A stretch of DNA of 64,000 nt, from NCBI GenBank assembly GCA_947054455.1, contig CAMRWN010000001.1, forward strand, positions 4,595-68,594. The letters are read 5' to 3'. A program made the position numbers and the translations under genes. The stretch is from an uncultured Alphaproteobacteria bacterium (GTDB lineage Bacteria > Pseudomonadota > Alphaproteobacteria > Rs-D84). The stretch's first letter is position 1. Every line of letters begins with the position of its first letter. Positions 9,562 through 20,136 of this stretch are shown piece after piece. A model generated the notes under the pieces. That model saw only the letters and a list, made by a program, of their open reading frames with translations, was not told where the DNA came from and ran no database searches.

Positions 9562-10497
9562 TTATTTCTTTATGGAATCCCAATTACGTCGGATGATTGA
9601 CTCACTGCGCTGCATTGCCGCGGATTCTGAACGCTCCATCTTGGGACTAAGCGTCGCGGCCACTCCGGCGCGCCCGACAATGCGCGGCATGGACATGGCG
9701 ACGGATTTAGCGCCGACGCCGGAAACAGTGCTGACGGTCAGTATACGTCTTTCGTCGCGAACGATGCATCGCACCAAATCCGCCACCGCCGCCGCAATTC
9801 CGTCCCACGTCGCGCCGCGGCCACGAATGATTTCATATGCAGCGTTTCGAACGCGGTGTTCGATTGTCGCGCGCGCCGATGCCGACAGCGGCGTTTTGGT
9901 CTGGCGACAAAAATCATCCAGCGAAACCGCCCCGATTGCCGCCGACGTCCAGTTTACAAAACTGCTGTCGCCATGTTCCCCCAGCACGTATGCATTCACA
10001 GACTGGGTCGACACGCCCAACTGGCGCGACAATATCGTACGCAGGCGTGCGGAATCCAGCATCGTCCCCGTGCCTATGACACGCGCCGCCGGCAATTTCG
10101 ACAATTTCCGGGCCAGCATCACCATCACGTCCAGCGGATTGCTGACAATAACCAGCTTTACCGTTTTTGAATCCACGTTTTCCATAACCCGCGGCACAAT
10201 ATCGCGCATCACCGCCACATTTGCCTGCAACAAATCCGTACGTGTTTCACCGGGTTTTTGATTTGCACCCGCTGCAATTACGACTATTTCCGCCCCGCGA
10301 ATCCCGCGGTAATTGTTTACCGCCGTTATTTTTACATCATAAGAGAAAGCCGCCGCATGCCCCAAATCTTCGGCCGCCGCCCGCGCGCGCACGCCGTCGC
10401 GGTCAAACAAAACAATTTCCCGGGCCAGACCCGTGTTGCAAATTGCCGTTGCGACCGCCGCACCGACGCTGCCGATTCCGATTATCGCTATTTTCAT
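9562..10497 (-). CDS. ldh: L-lactate dehydrogenase
   Basis: MKIAIIGIGSVG Rossmann start, GANQKPGETR (Gln at the substrate-specificity position rather than Arg), GEHGDS active-site signature. Confidence 0.85.
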   Translation of the reverse strand: MKIAIIGIGSVGAAVATAICNTGLAREIVLFDRDGVRARAAAEDLGHAAAFSYDVKITAVNNYRGIRGAEIVVIAAGANQKPGETRTDLLQANVAVMRDIVPRVMENVDSKTVKLVIVSNPLDVMVMLARKLSKLPAARVIGTGTMLDSARLRTILSRQLGVSTQSVNAYVLGEHGDSSFVNWTSAAIGAVSLDDFCRQTKTPLSASARATIEHRVRNAAYEIIRGRGATWDGIAAAVADLVRCIVRDERRILTVSTVSGVGAKSVAMSMPRIVGRAGVAATLSPKMERSESAAMQRSESIIRRNWDSIKK

Positions 10498-10537
10498 GAC
10501 TTCCCTCTTGTCTATTATGCTAAATGCATTATAACAT

Positions 10538-10564
10538 AAAAAAACGGGGCACGCCCCGTTTTTT
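10538..10564 (-). terminator. terminator downstream of proS
   Basis: cgggg/ccccg hairpin flanked by an A-run and a T-run. Confidence 0.65.
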
Positions 10565-11999
10565 AATAAGATTTTGCCACAAAAACATACGTCGGGTCGG
10601 CATCATCCAGACAACGCCGCGTTATTTTGTATTTCTCCATCAGCGCTTCGAATTCCGCGTTTGTGGTCAAATCATAGCGTATGCGAAAAAATCCGATATG
10701 CCCAGCCGCCAATTCGGCGTCCAGCGCATTCAAATCAGCCACATCATGAATCATCGACCGGTTGCGCGCGGCGGCCGCGGCAAACATATCGCGCTGAACA
10801 GTATCCAGCATTTCGCGCGCCCCCGCCACGAATTCATCGCGGGCGATTGTGCGCTTTGACGCCTTGCCCAAATCGCGCCGCGTCAGCGTCAGTTCACCCG
10901 CCGCCATTTCACGCGCGCCAATCTCAACCCGCAGGGGAACGCCACGCTTTATCCATTTCCACATTTTGTCCGGCGCGCGCATATCCGACGTATCGGCCAG
11001 CACGCGTATACCCGCACCGCGCAAATCATCGGCCAATTTTTCTGCGTACGCGTTCAGTTCAGTTGCCGTATCATCGCGCGTAATCGGAATAATCACCACC
11101 TGGTGCGGTGCGACCGCCGGCGGCAGAACCAGACCGTCGTCATCCGAATGCACCATGAACAGACCGCCCATCATTCGCGTCGATGTTCCCCATGACGTCG
11201 TCCAGGCATGCTGCAACCTGCCGTCCGCCCCCAGATACTGGATTCCGAATGATTTTGCAAAATGCTGACCCAAATCATGGGATGTTCCCGCCTGCAATGC
11301 CTTGCCGTCCTGCATTATTTGTTCGGTGGTATATGTATGGTCGGCACCGGCAAACCGTTCTTCGGGTGTTTTTTCGCCCATAATAACGGGTATCGCCAGA
11401 ACATTTTCCATAAAGTCCGCATATAATTTATGCATCTTGCGCGCGTCGGCATTCGCCTCTTCGTGGGTTGCGAATACGTTGTGTCCTTCCTGCCAGTTGA
11501 ATTCGGCGGTACGCAGGAACATACGCGGCCGCATTTCCCAGCGCATGACGTTAACCCACTGATTCAGCTTCAACGGCAAATCACGATAAGACTGAACCCA
11601 ACGGGACATGGCCTCGCCGATAATGGTTTCGGATGTGGGTCGTATGATATATGGTTCGGTCAGTTTTGATTCCGGGTCCGGCTGCAGCGAACCGTCAATC
11701 ATTTTCAGACGATAATGGGTGACAACGGCCGCCTCTTTCGCAAATCCGGCGACATGTTCCGCCTCGCGGTTAAAGAAATCAATCGGAATCAGCAACGGAA
11801 AATTCGCGTTCAAAACACCCTGTGCCTTGATGCGGCGGTCCATTTCATCACGCATCAATTCCCAAATGGCCCACCCATAAGGCTTTATCGTCATGCATCC
11901 GCGAACAGGCGCGTTTTCGGCCAAATCGGCCGCTGTAATCAAATTCTGGTACCATTCGCTGAAATTCTCAGCACGCGTTGGTGTAATTGCAGTCTTCAT
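10563..11999 (-). CDS. proS: proline--tRNA ligase, archaeal/eukaryote-like type
   Basis: 478 aa. N-terminus TPTRAENFSEWYQNLITAADLAE. No large insertion (editing) domain. The protein ends in Tyr (FVAKSY), as in the Thermus/archaeal type. Confidence 0.9.
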   Translation of the reverse strand: MKTAITPTRAENFSEWYQNLITAADLAENAPVRGCMTIKPYGWAIWELMRDEMDRRIKAQGVLNANFPLLIPIDFFNREAEHVAGFAKEAAVVTHYRLKMIDGSLQPDPESKLTEPYIIRPTSETIIGEAMSRWVQSYRDLPLKLNQWVNVMRWEMRPRMFLRTAEFNWQEGHNVFATHEEANADARKMHKLYADFMENVLAIPVIMGEKTPEERFAGADHTYTTEQIMQDGKALQAGTSHDLGQHFAKSFGIQYLGADGRLQHAWTTSWGTSTRMMGGLFMVHSDDDGLVLPPAVAPHQVVIIPITRDDTATELNAYAEKLADDLRGAGIRVLADTSDMRAPDKMWKWIKRGVPLRVEIGAREMAAGELTLTRRDLGKASKRTIARDEFVAGAREMLDTVQRDMFAAAAARNRSMIHDVADLNALDAELAAGHIGFFRIRYDLTTNAEFEALMEKYKITRRCLDDADPTYVFVAKSY

Positions 12000-12000
12000 T

Positions 12001-12828
12001 TTACTTCTCTTTCTTGTCTTTTAATTCCATGTATTTGTCAGATACGATTTTATGCAGGGCCGCCGCAATCTGCTTTCTGTCCATCCCGGCCAGCGACGGC
12101 ACGGGCAAAACCGTTATCTCGACACAAAATCCGCCCACAACCATTGCATGAAATATCTGGGAAAACGCGCTGCGTTCACGCGTACACAGCGGCCCCTGCT
12201 CCATATCCCTGTTGTTAAAGTATGCATAGTGTTCGGCCAAATCCGCATCCGACATCGGCGTGCCGTCGCGGTGGCGGTAATGCATGGCGACCGGCTGAAC
12301 CATGACGTCGGAATTTTCAACGAAATTGAACAGCGTGCTTTTAAAGCGCTTTACATACGCGCCGTTTGTCGTGGTTCCTTCTGGGAACAGAAACATCGGG
12401 TACGAAACATTTTTTACCGTTTCCTGAACCACGCGCAGGGCGTCGGCCGCATGGGACGGACGACGGTCCACGAAAATCACGCCGAATTTTTTCGCCACCC
12501 ATCCGACCAGCGGCCATGATTCTATATCTTTCTTGGCAACAAAGCTGCCGCCGAACGCAATCGGATATGTTGCGATTTCAAACAGTGATATATGGTTTGT
12601 TATAACCAGCAGCGGCCGATGCGATTCCAGCCGTCCGTGAACACGGATTTTAATTCCGGTCAGCGCGACCAAAAACCACATGAATATACGCATATAACGC
12701 ACGCTGATACGCCCGCGCGGCATCAGCACAATCAGCGGCAGCTGCAATACCACCATAATCCAAAACAGCGCGAACCGCAGCGCGGCCCACGCGGTTGTAA
12801 AAACATTCTGGCGTCGGATGCGTGTCAT
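12001..12828 (-). CDS. olsA: lysophospholipid (PlsC-family) acyltransferase, OlsA-like
   Basis: NHISLFE (HX4D-type block, degenerate) and FPEGTTTNG motifs. Lies 2 nt downstream of the OlsB-like gene. Confidence 0.6.
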   Translation of the reverse strand: MTRIRRQNVFTTAWAALRFALFWIMVVLQLPLIVLMPRGRISVRYMRIFMWFLVALTGIKIRVHGRLESHRPLLVITNHISLFEIATYPIAFGGSFVAKKDIESWPLVGWVAKKFGVIFVDRRPSHAADALRVVQETVKNVSYPMFLFPEGTTTNGAYVKRFKSTLFNFVENSDVMVQPVAMHYRHRDGTPMSDADLAEHYAYFNNRDMEQGPLCTRERSAFSQIFHAMVVGGFCVEITVLPVPSLAGMDRKQIAAALHKIVSDKYMELKDKKEK

Positions 12829-12830
12829 GT

Positions 12831-13793
12831 TTATTGCGCCTCCTCGGGTTCCTTGACCTCTTCCACAAATTCGGCGTCGGCCGCATCTTCACGCAACAGG
12901 AATTCAACAAAGGCGCGCATCACCTTGAACGGGCCGGTTATCGGGAACAACGCAATTTTCCCCAGCGTCTTTATCGCACCGTCGCGGTCGTCTTCGACCA
13001 GTCCGTCCAGCGCGTTCTCGCGGCCCAGAAAATGCTTCTGGTATGCGGCGTCAATCTTTTTGGTCTGCAGCATTACAAACACGTCGTACGAATTGAACGG
13101 CGCATCGATAAAGACACCCTTGCCGAATGTTGCACCCAGACGCAGATACCCCTTTATCAGCGGCGTCATCTGGCGGCGCGCCTCTTCTTCGTCGACAAAA
13201 ACCTCGGGCAGGATGTTCATCCGCGACAGTTTCGGGTTTATGCCTTCGGCGAAATTCTCGCTCAGCACGGTCGCACGCAGGTTCGACGGCGACAAATGAT
13301 TATAATACAGGTATGATATGGCCTGTGCGGACGCCACTGAATTTTTGCCCACCCACGACGCGACGCCGAACAGAACACCAATTTTGCGGCGCACAATGTA
13401 TTCACCCAGACCGGCCCACAACATGCGCATCACCAGGGCGTTTTCCCGATACTCACGCGCGACGCATGCACGCGACATTTCGGCGATATTGCCGGAATAT
13501 TTCTTTATCTTGGTCAGATTGAATTCGGTTTCGGTATAAAATCCGCCCATTTTTTCGGCCGCATCGCGGTCGATAATGCGATATGTTCCAACCACCCGTC
13601 CGTTGTGCAGTACAACCATGTATTCGGCGAACCGGTCAAATGCATCATATTCCTCGCGCAGGTTTTTCTGCTCGTCGGTTGCGGATGCGCCCTCCTCCTC
13701 TACAAATACATCATATCTAAGGGCGCGAACCTGTCTGCGTTCCTCTTTGCTGCGGGTTAAACGAACTTCGTAATCACGAACCTTAATGGCCAT
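12831..13793 (-). CDS. olsB: GNAT-fold N-acyltransferase, OlsB-like (lyso-ornithine lipid synthase family)
   Basis: N-terminus EVRLTRSKEERRQVRALRYDVFVEEEG and overall length fit the OlsB/hemolysin-like acyltransferase family. Operon with a PlsC-type gene. Confidence 0.6.
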   Translation of the reverse strand: MAIKVRDYEVRLTRSKEERRQVRALRYDVFVEEEGASATDEQKNLREEYDAFDRFAEYMVVLHNGRVVGTYRIIDRDAAEKMGGFYTETEFNLTKIKKYSGNIAEMSRACVAREYRENALVMRMLWAGLGEYIVRRKIGVLFGVASWVGKNSVASAQAISYLYYNHLSPSNLRATVLSENFAEGINPKLSRMNILPEVFVDEEEARRQMTPLIKGYLRLGATFGKGVFIDAPFNSYDVFVMLQTKKIDAAYQKHFLGRENALDGLVEDDRDGAIKTLGKIALFPITGPFKVMRAFVEFLLREDAADAEFVEEVKEPEEAQ

Positions 13794-13958
13794 AAATAAT
13801 CCTTATGTTTCATATATCATGGGAAAGAATATCAAAGATACACTACCGTTTCAATCCTTTTTATTTATACTTGCCAATGCAATCGGCATGATATATAGTT
13901 AAATATCATGGAATAAAGCATTCCATGGCTTTGTCTTCAAACGCAAAGGGATTCATGT

Positions 13959-15167
13959 ATGTCTGACATAGGCGGCACACGCGGCAGCGATGCGGCGCAA
14001 CGCATAAAAGTTTTATTTTGCATTCCTGACATGATTATCGGCGGTGTGGAAACGGTTTTTTTGAAAACCTTGGAAAACATCGCGGCCACAGGTTGTGCGG
14101 ATATTGCCGTCGTCATGAAGAACAAGCTGCGCGAACCGTTTTACATCGAATGGTTTCGTGCGCATCCTGAAATAAAACTGCACGTAATCTACCCTGCCGC
14201 GCACCGTTTCGAAGATGCAAAGAAATACATGCGCGGATTCCCGCTGAAAAACATTCGAAAAATCGCGTTCAGCGTTTACAAGGACATAAAAAACGCCCAA
14301 ATCACGCGAAAAAGGCTTTTTGAAGGCTATGACGTTATAATAGATTACAAAAACGCCTATTTTTCAAAACTGCTGCGCAAATGCACCACGCCAAAGATAA
14401 CCTGGATTCACGGTTCCATAAATTTCTTTGAAAACGACAATATTATAAAACACGCAGGCGGATATGAAAAAATTGTCTGCCTGTCGGACAACTTTATGAC
14501 GGAATTTCGGCGCCTGCATCCCGAACATGCGGATAAAATCGTACGAATATACAATCCGTTCGACGCCGAACAAATACGGCGCGCGGCCGCCAATGGCGAC
14601 ACCTATGTGGGCAAGTATTTTTGCGTCGTATCGCGTCTGGATCCGGACAAGGATATAAAAACAATAATCGACGCGTTTGAAATTTTTCACGAAAACGACA
14701 AATTCAAAGATGTACGGCTGCTGATTATAGGCACGGGGCGCGATGCAAAAAAACTGCGCGAATACGCCGCGCAACAAAAATCCAGACACGCTATCGTGTT
14801 CGCCGGCAAGATTCCCGCCCCGTTCGGATACATGCGCGGCGCGATTGCACACATTCTGTCCAGCCATAACGAAGGGCTGCCCACCGTTTTGATAGAGGCC
14901 GCATCCCTGGGCGTTGCGAACATATCGTCCGATTGCCCCAGCGGGCCACGCGAAATCCTGCTGAACGGGGACGCAGGATTGCTGTTTGATATCGGCAACG
15001 CGCGCCAACTGGCCCAGCATATGACAAATATCTGCAGCGGGAAAACCGACACGCGCAAAATGACAGACGCGGCAACCGCCGCACTGGACCGGTTTGACGC
15101 CAAAGAAATAACAAATCAAATAATGCGCCTAATTTACGAGACAACAGGGAGCAAATCATGTCGATAA
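13959..15167 (+). CDS. glycosyltransferase, GT-B fold (GT4-like)
   Basis: C-terminal HNEGLPTVLIEAASLGVANISSDCPSGPREIL (E-x7-E-type region). Confidence 0.8.
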   Translation: MSDIGGTRGSDAAQRIKVLFCIPDMIIGGVETVFLKTLENIAATGCADIAVVMKNKLREPFYIEWFRAHPEIKLHVIYPAAHRFEDAKKYMRGFPLKNIRKIAFSVYKDIKNAQITRKRLFEGYDVIIDYKNAYFSKLLRKCTTPKITWIHGSINFFENDNIIKHAGGYEKIVCLSDNFMTEFRRLHPEHADKIVRIYNPFDAEQIRRAAANGDTYVGKYFCVVSRLDPDKDIKTIIDAFEIFHENDKFKDVRLLIIGTGRDAKKLREYAAQQKSRHAIVFAGKIPAPFGYMRGAIAHILSSHNEGLPTVLIEAASLGVANISSDCPSGPREILLNGDAGLLFDIGNARQLAQHMTNICSGKTDTRKMTDAATAALDRFDAKEITNQIMRLIYETTGSKSCR

Positions 15168-16267
15168 AAGTATCAATCATCGTTCCGTGTTATAATATCG
15201 CGCCGTTTGTTTCGCAATGCATGGAGTGCCTGACGCGGCAGACGCTGCGCGACATTGAAATAATATGCATCGACGACCGTTCCACGGACGCAACGCCGGG
15301 TCTGCTGCGCGAATATGCACAAACCGACCCGCGTATCACCGTTATCACACAAAAACGCAACGGCGGCGTTTCGGCCGCGCGCAATGCGGGAATGGCCGCG
15401 GCGCGGGGGGAATACATCGGCTTTGTCGACCCGGACGATTTGGTCGATGCGAATTTCTTTGAAACACTCTACAATCTGGCCGTGGCCAGCGACGCCGACA
15501 TAGCCAAGGGCGCGGTCAAAGTCGTCAGCCCCGACGGCGAGATGGAGATAATAAACCTGAACCCGCAGATTCGCACGTCAAAGTTCAATTTCGGCACATC
15601 GTTCTGGTCGGCGATATACCGGCGCGAAATGCTGCAAAAAAACGGTGTGGAATTCCCACGGGAATTTATAATAAGCGAAGACTTGATTTTCCTTATGAAG
15701 GCGGTTCATTTCGCCCGCACCATCGCAACGACCGACGATGTTTACTATTGGTACTACAGACGGGAAAATTCCGCGGATTCACAAGACATGTCCACGCCAA
15801 AGGTTGATTCCGGAATCGGCGCGACCAGACACATGATTGAATGGACGGACGCGCAACCGGATGCAACGGACGCCGAACGTCGCGCGGCCGCACGCAAGGC
15901 GTATTGCAACGCGGCATACTTGGCCGGCAAGAACCTGCGCCCGTTGGACATTCAAAAAATTCTGGATTTGCTGATGTGGTGGTACGACGCGGCAACCGCC
16001 CACGCTGACGCGGTTCCAGATTTGCGCCCGCGCGTTCGCCGTGCCATGCGCTGCAAAAACGAACACGCCCTGCGCAGCCAAATGTTTGTCAAAAACACGC
16101 GCCTGCGCCTGTTCGGGGTGATACCGTTGATGAAGCGTTCACGCATACTGGGCTGGGGTACGCGGTACCTGCTGTTTGAATTTATGCCCGTGCTGACCGT
16201 GCGCCCCGGAATGCCTAAAACAAAGATTTATTCGTTTGGCATACCCGTTCTGTCAATTAAAAGATAA
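15158..16267 (+). CDS. glycosyltransferase family 2
   Basis: VSIIVPCYN, DDRSTD, GFVDPDD motifs. The start overlaps the previous stop by 10 nt. Confidence 0.85.
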   Translation: MSIKVSIIVPCYNIAPFVSQCMECLTRQTLRDIEIICIDDRSTDATPGLLREYAQTDPRITVITQKRNGGVSAARNAGMAAARGEYIGFVDPDDLVDANFFETLYNLAVASDADIAKGAVKVVSPDGEMEIINLNPQIRTSKFNFGTSFWSAIYRREMLQKNGVEFPREFIISEDLIFLMKAVHFARTIATTDDVYYWYYRRENSADSQDMSTPKVDSGIGATRHMIEWTDAQPDATDAERRAAARKAYCNAAYLAGKNLRPLDIQKILDLLMWWYDAATAHADAVPDLRPRVRRAMRCKNEHALRSQMFVKNTRLRLFGVIPLMKRSRILGWGTRYLLFEFMPVLTVRPGMPKTKIYSFGIPVLSIKR

Positions 16268-16279
16268 CGGAAAGAAACA

Positions 16280-17431
16280 ATGACCAGGTTAAGAAAAATA
16301 TCAACCAACATATTCTGCCTGTTTATATGGCACCGGCCCACGCGCCACAAGGTGCATGACTGGCTAAATGATTTCGAATTCGACAGACTGATGACCTATC
16401 TGCGATATGTGTTCAGTCCCCTGCGGCCGCGCAGTGTTTTGCTGATTGAACTGAACAACTGTCATGGTGAAGTGATTGGCGGAATCATACCCTACTTTCA
16501 AAAACTGGGGATGAACATAGACATAATGATTAACTCGGTGCTGCTGGACGAAAAGAATTTCTGCCGGCAGGACATGAAAAAGGTTCGCATATACCCGATA
16601 ACAAAATGGCGCCGCTGTTTTCTGACGGCACGCAAGACCCGCAGATATCCATACGTGTTTTTGATGACATCGGCATGCTATTACATTGTAAAGCCCGACG
16701 GCGGATACGGATGCATGCTGCCGCTGTTTGAGGGGACGAAACTGAAACCGTTTGTGGTTGAACACGACCTGAACGATGTGGTCCAGTTTGGCGAAGAAGA
16801 AATGCTGCGCGAAAACAGGCTGATAACACTGGGGAAATTTGACCGCGGAATATATGTGAACCCGCATCTGTTCGGAATGGTCAACATGATGCCAAAGCAT
16901 CGAACAACAACTTTCATTGTTGTCGGTAATATAGAGGCGAAACGTAAAAACTTTAATTTGCTGACCGATGCGCTGACAACGCTGGCGGCGGCGGGCAAAG
17001 ATTTCAAGGTCATCGTAATCGGGCGCGGGACGCTGGATGCACTGCCGGCGAATGTCCGCCCGCATATTGAAATAACCGGCCGTCTGGACTTTGAACAGAT
17101 GTTCGACAAACTGGAGTCCGCCGATTTCTTTTTGCCCCTGTTGGACCCGGAAAATCCTGCGCATGACAGATACCTGACAACGGGCGTTACGGGTTCCGCA
17201 CAACTGATATACGGATTCGGTAAAATCCCGGTCATACATAAAAAATTCGCGGCCTTTTATCGTTTTAATGACAGTAATGCCGTTGTATATGAAAATAATT
17301 TGGCAGATGCGATGGCAATTGCCATTGATATGACGCCAGACGAATACGCCACGTATTGCGAAAATATGAAAGCAACCGCGGCCAAAATCGCGAACGAGAG
17401 TTTTAACAATTTAAAGGAAATATTATCATGA
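16280..17431 (+). CDS. putative glycosyltransferase (GT-B C-terminal-half-like)
   Basis: In-operon ORF. TTFIVVGNIEAKRKNF ... VIVIGRG ... ITGRLDFEQM resembles the donor-binding half of GT-B enzymes. Weak call. Confidence 0.45.
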   Translation: MTRLRKISTNIFCLFIWHRPTRHKVHDWLNDFEFDRLMTYLRYVFSPLRPRSVLLIELNNCHGEVIGGIIPYFQKLGMNIDIMINSVLLDEKNFCRQDMKKVRIYPITKWRRCFLTARKTRRYPYVFLMTSACYYIVKPDGGYGCMLPLFEGTKLKPFVVEHDLNDVVQFGEEEMLRENRLITLGKFDRGIYVNPHLFGMVNMMPKHRTTTFIVVGNIEAKRKNFNLLTDALTTLAAAGKDFKVIVIGRGTLDALPANVRPHIEITGRLDFEQMFDKLESADFFLPLLDPENPAHDRYLTTGVTGSAQLIYGFGKIPVIHKKFAAFYRFNDSNAVVYENNLADAMAIAIDMTPDEYATYCENMKATAAKIANESFNNLKEILS

Positions 17432-18228
17432 ATTTGTTTCTACGGTTGATTTGCATATTTATTCCTGGCAGTCGCAACCGGCACCGCTTTAAACAAAAAA
17501 TTAAAAATATGTCTACGGATATAAAACTTATCCTACCATCATTATCGTTGCGCCGTCAGAAGTTTGATTTAATTGTATCTTTGGGTGATGTATGCCAAAC
17601 TTCTTTTAATCTGCGTGTCAACAATTTGCAATTTCGGTCATATCCATTTGATTGGCTATGCAAAGCCAGTCAACACCAATTAATAGATTTAGTAAATAAT
17701 AATTTCAAAAATTTTCTGGACAGATGTGATTTAGTGCCAACTGAACGCAACAGTGCAAACTTGATAGTTTGCAATAAACGCACAGGCTACCAATTCCAAC
17801 ATGACTTTGAATTCGATTCCATCGATGAAGACTATGATAAAATTGCAGACAAATACCAGCGCCGTTTTACCAGATTTAATAAATCCATTGACAACGCACG
17901 CAGGGTTTTGTTCGTATATCGAAAGGATAACGCGACACCTGATGACATTCGGCAGTTGCATGCCGCATTAGCGCGCAGATTTAAATCACAGAAAAAAATA
18001 AATATATTATGGATTGCTGCCGCGCCTGGCCAAACAGAAGTGATAAAAACAAAGATTTGCGATGGAATCACCCACGCGACATTAGATTGCGACGCATATG
18101 AGGGGCCAGATAAGAAAATACACCGTTGGAAAGGCAACGCGAAACAATACGAAACTTTGCTTAAATCATATGCACTGACCGTGCGGGGATACTTTATTAA
18201 TACAAGGAAAAATAACAATGCAGAATAA
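17428..18228 (+). CDS. DUF1796-like protein (predicted papain-fold)
   Basis: IVSLGDVCQTSFNLRVNNLQFRSYPFDWL matches my memory of the DUF1796 N-terminal block. AT-rich relative to its neighbours. 4-nt overlap with the upstream gene. Confidence 0.5.
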   Translation: MNLFLRLICIFIPGSRNRHRFKQKIKNMSTDIKLILPSLSLRRQKFDLIVSLGDVCQTSFNLRVNNLQFRSYPFDWLCKASQHQLIDLVNNNFKNFLDRCDLVPTERNSANLIVCNKRTGYQFQHDFEFDSIDEDYDKIADKYQRRFTRFNKSIDNARRVLFVYRKDNATPDDIRQLHAALARRFKSQKKINILWIAAAPGQTEVIKTKICDGITHATLDCDAYEGPDKKIHRWKGNAKQYETLLKSYALTVRGYFINTRKNNNAE

Positions 18229-19186
18229 AAAAATTCCAATTGTGTTCGCGTTTGACGACAACTATGCCCTGCCCGCCAGCATAGCAATAAAATCGCTGAT
18301 TGATTCCAAGAATCCTGACACACAATACGATGTCTTTGTTATGCATAGCGGCCTGCAGAAATCGACAATGCGCAAAATGGAAAAAATCTGCCCGATAAAC
18401 TGGCTGCATGTTGATGCCAGCCTGTTGCGCGACGCACCCACTACAGAAAACTGGACATTGGCGATATATTATCGTCTGCTGATTGCCGATATGATTCCAC
18501 AATACGATAAAATAATTTGGTCGGATGTAGACGTTTTGTTTCGCGGGGATTTGACCGCAGCATACGAAGCGTCAATGAACGGCGCAGATTGGGCGGGCGT
18601 TGCCGCGGAATGCGCGGACGAAACCAACGGAATTCACGCCCATTTTTCGGAAAATACCAAACCATACATTCATATGTCCGGCTTTATGGTAATAGACGCG
18701 AAAAAATGGCGTGCGGAAAACAAACTGGAAGACTTTTTTGAGGTTATAAAAAAATTCGGCCCGCGTCTGAAATTCTTTGATTTGGACATCTTGAATCTGG
18801 CGGCAGGAAAAATCGCGCCACTGCCGTTTGAATACTGCGTGCTGGAAAACATATACGACGCCGACGACATTCGTGAAGCACCGGAATATCCCTGGCTGGC
18901 GCGGGTACATTCGCACAGTAAACTGATGCACGCCAAGGAAAATCCGATAATAATTCACTATGCGGGCAAATGGCCGAAAATATGGCTGCGCAAATACGAA
19001 GAAATACCAAAATACTATTGGCACGAGATGAAAAAATCCGCATTTTGCGACACGGAATCGTACAAGCCAGGATGGCGCACCGCCGCACAGCGCGCACTGT
19101 TGTGGATTCCAATAAAAATATGTCCGGTCAAGCCATGGCGACACAAAATGCGTCAAATATGCAATAAAAAACCTCAGGGACACTAA
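18218..19186 (+). CDS. glycosyltransferase family 8
   Basis: IPIVFAFDDNYALPASIAIKSL and the SDVDVLF (DxD) motif. Confidence 0.8.
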   Translation: MQNKKIPIVFAFDDNYALPASIAIKSLIDSKNPDTQYDVFVMHSGLQKSTMRKMEKICPINWLHVDASLLRDAPTTENWTLAIYYRLLIADMIPQYDKIIWSDVDVLFRGDLTAAYEASMNGADWAGVAAECADETNGIHAHFSENTKPYIHMSGFMVIDAKKWRAENKLEDFFEVIKKFGPRLKFFDLDILNLAAGKIAPLPFEYCVLENIYDADDIREAPEYPWLARVHSHSKLMHAKENPIIIHYAGKWPKIWLRKYEEIPKYYWHEMKKSAFCDTESYKPGWRTAAQRALLWIPIKICPVKPWRHKMRQICNKKPQGH

Positions 19187-19188
19187 AC

Positions 19189-20136
19189 ATGCAATGCAAC
19201 ATAATAATCACACACAAGGGCAATCCGTCGCATCTGAAATACGTACTGGCCCAGATACGTGAATCAAATCCGCGCGCCAACATAGTTTTAATGGGGGACG
19301 CGTCCAATGACAAGTATCCTTTTGTGAAACACGCATACCTGGACGATTATTTTACGGCCGCACGCGAATTTGCAAACGTATACGTACACAAAAACGCCAC
19401 GTCTGTGGAATATGAGCTGTTCTGTTATCAGCGTTGGTTCTGCGTATATGAATACATGAAGGCACACAATTTGACAGATGTGTTCGCGCTGGATTCGGAC
19501 GTTTTGTTGTACGACAATCTGGACAACATTCACCGTGTACTGGCTGAATATGATTTCGCAGTCAGCGCAAAAAATCTGGACGCGGAAAATCCGGGCTGGT
19601 GGATTGCAGGGCCGCCGATGGGCTACTTTCACATAGACGCCCTGAAAAACATGTTGGATTTTTTCATAAATTCTTATCGGGCCAAAAAGTATCTGAAACT
19701 GTTCGACCAAAAGATGGACTGGCACAAATCACGCAAAGAACCGTACGGAATTTGCGACATGACACAGATATTCTTCTTTGTTAAAGAAAACAAGGATAAA
19801 TTTTTCAACCTGTCGGTGCCGTTTGACGTATGCGGTGAAACCACATGCATCGACAAGACGATACTGGACACCACCGAATACGTGGCCGACGGCCCGCGCA
19901 AGAAATTGCTGTTTGAAAAAGGCCGCGTTTACGCCTTTGACCGCCAGACAAACAAAAAGCTGCGCTTTCCGCTGCTGCATTTCCAAGGTTATACGCCCAT
20001 AAACGCCAAGGAATGGATACCCGCATTTTACCGCGGACGGCGTTATCGTTTTAAATTGTGGCGCCGCAACCTTAGACAACGCGCAAAAGAATTTCGTAAA
20101 AGAATTTTCATGTATAAAAACAAAGATAAAAAATGA
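19189..20136 (+). CDS. putative glycosyltransferase (DxD motif), family unknown
   Basis: In-operon ORF with [12 protein letters not shown]. No family recognised with certainty. Confidence 0.45.
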   Translation: MQCNIIITHKGNPSHLKYVLAQIRESNPRANIVLMGDASNDKYPFVKHAYLDDYFTAAREFANVYVHKNATSVEYELFCYQRWFCVYEYMKAHNLTDVFALDSDVLLYDNLDNIHRVLAEYDFAVSAKNLDAENPGWWIAGPPMGYFHIDALKNMLDFFINSYRAKKYLKLFDQKMDWHKSRKEPYGICDMTQIFFFVKENKDKFFNLSVPFDVCGETTCIDKTILDTTEYVADGPRKKLLFEKGRVYAFDRQTNKKLRFPLLHFQGYTPINAKEWIPAFYRGRRYRFKLWRRNLRQRAKEFRKRIFMYKNKDKK

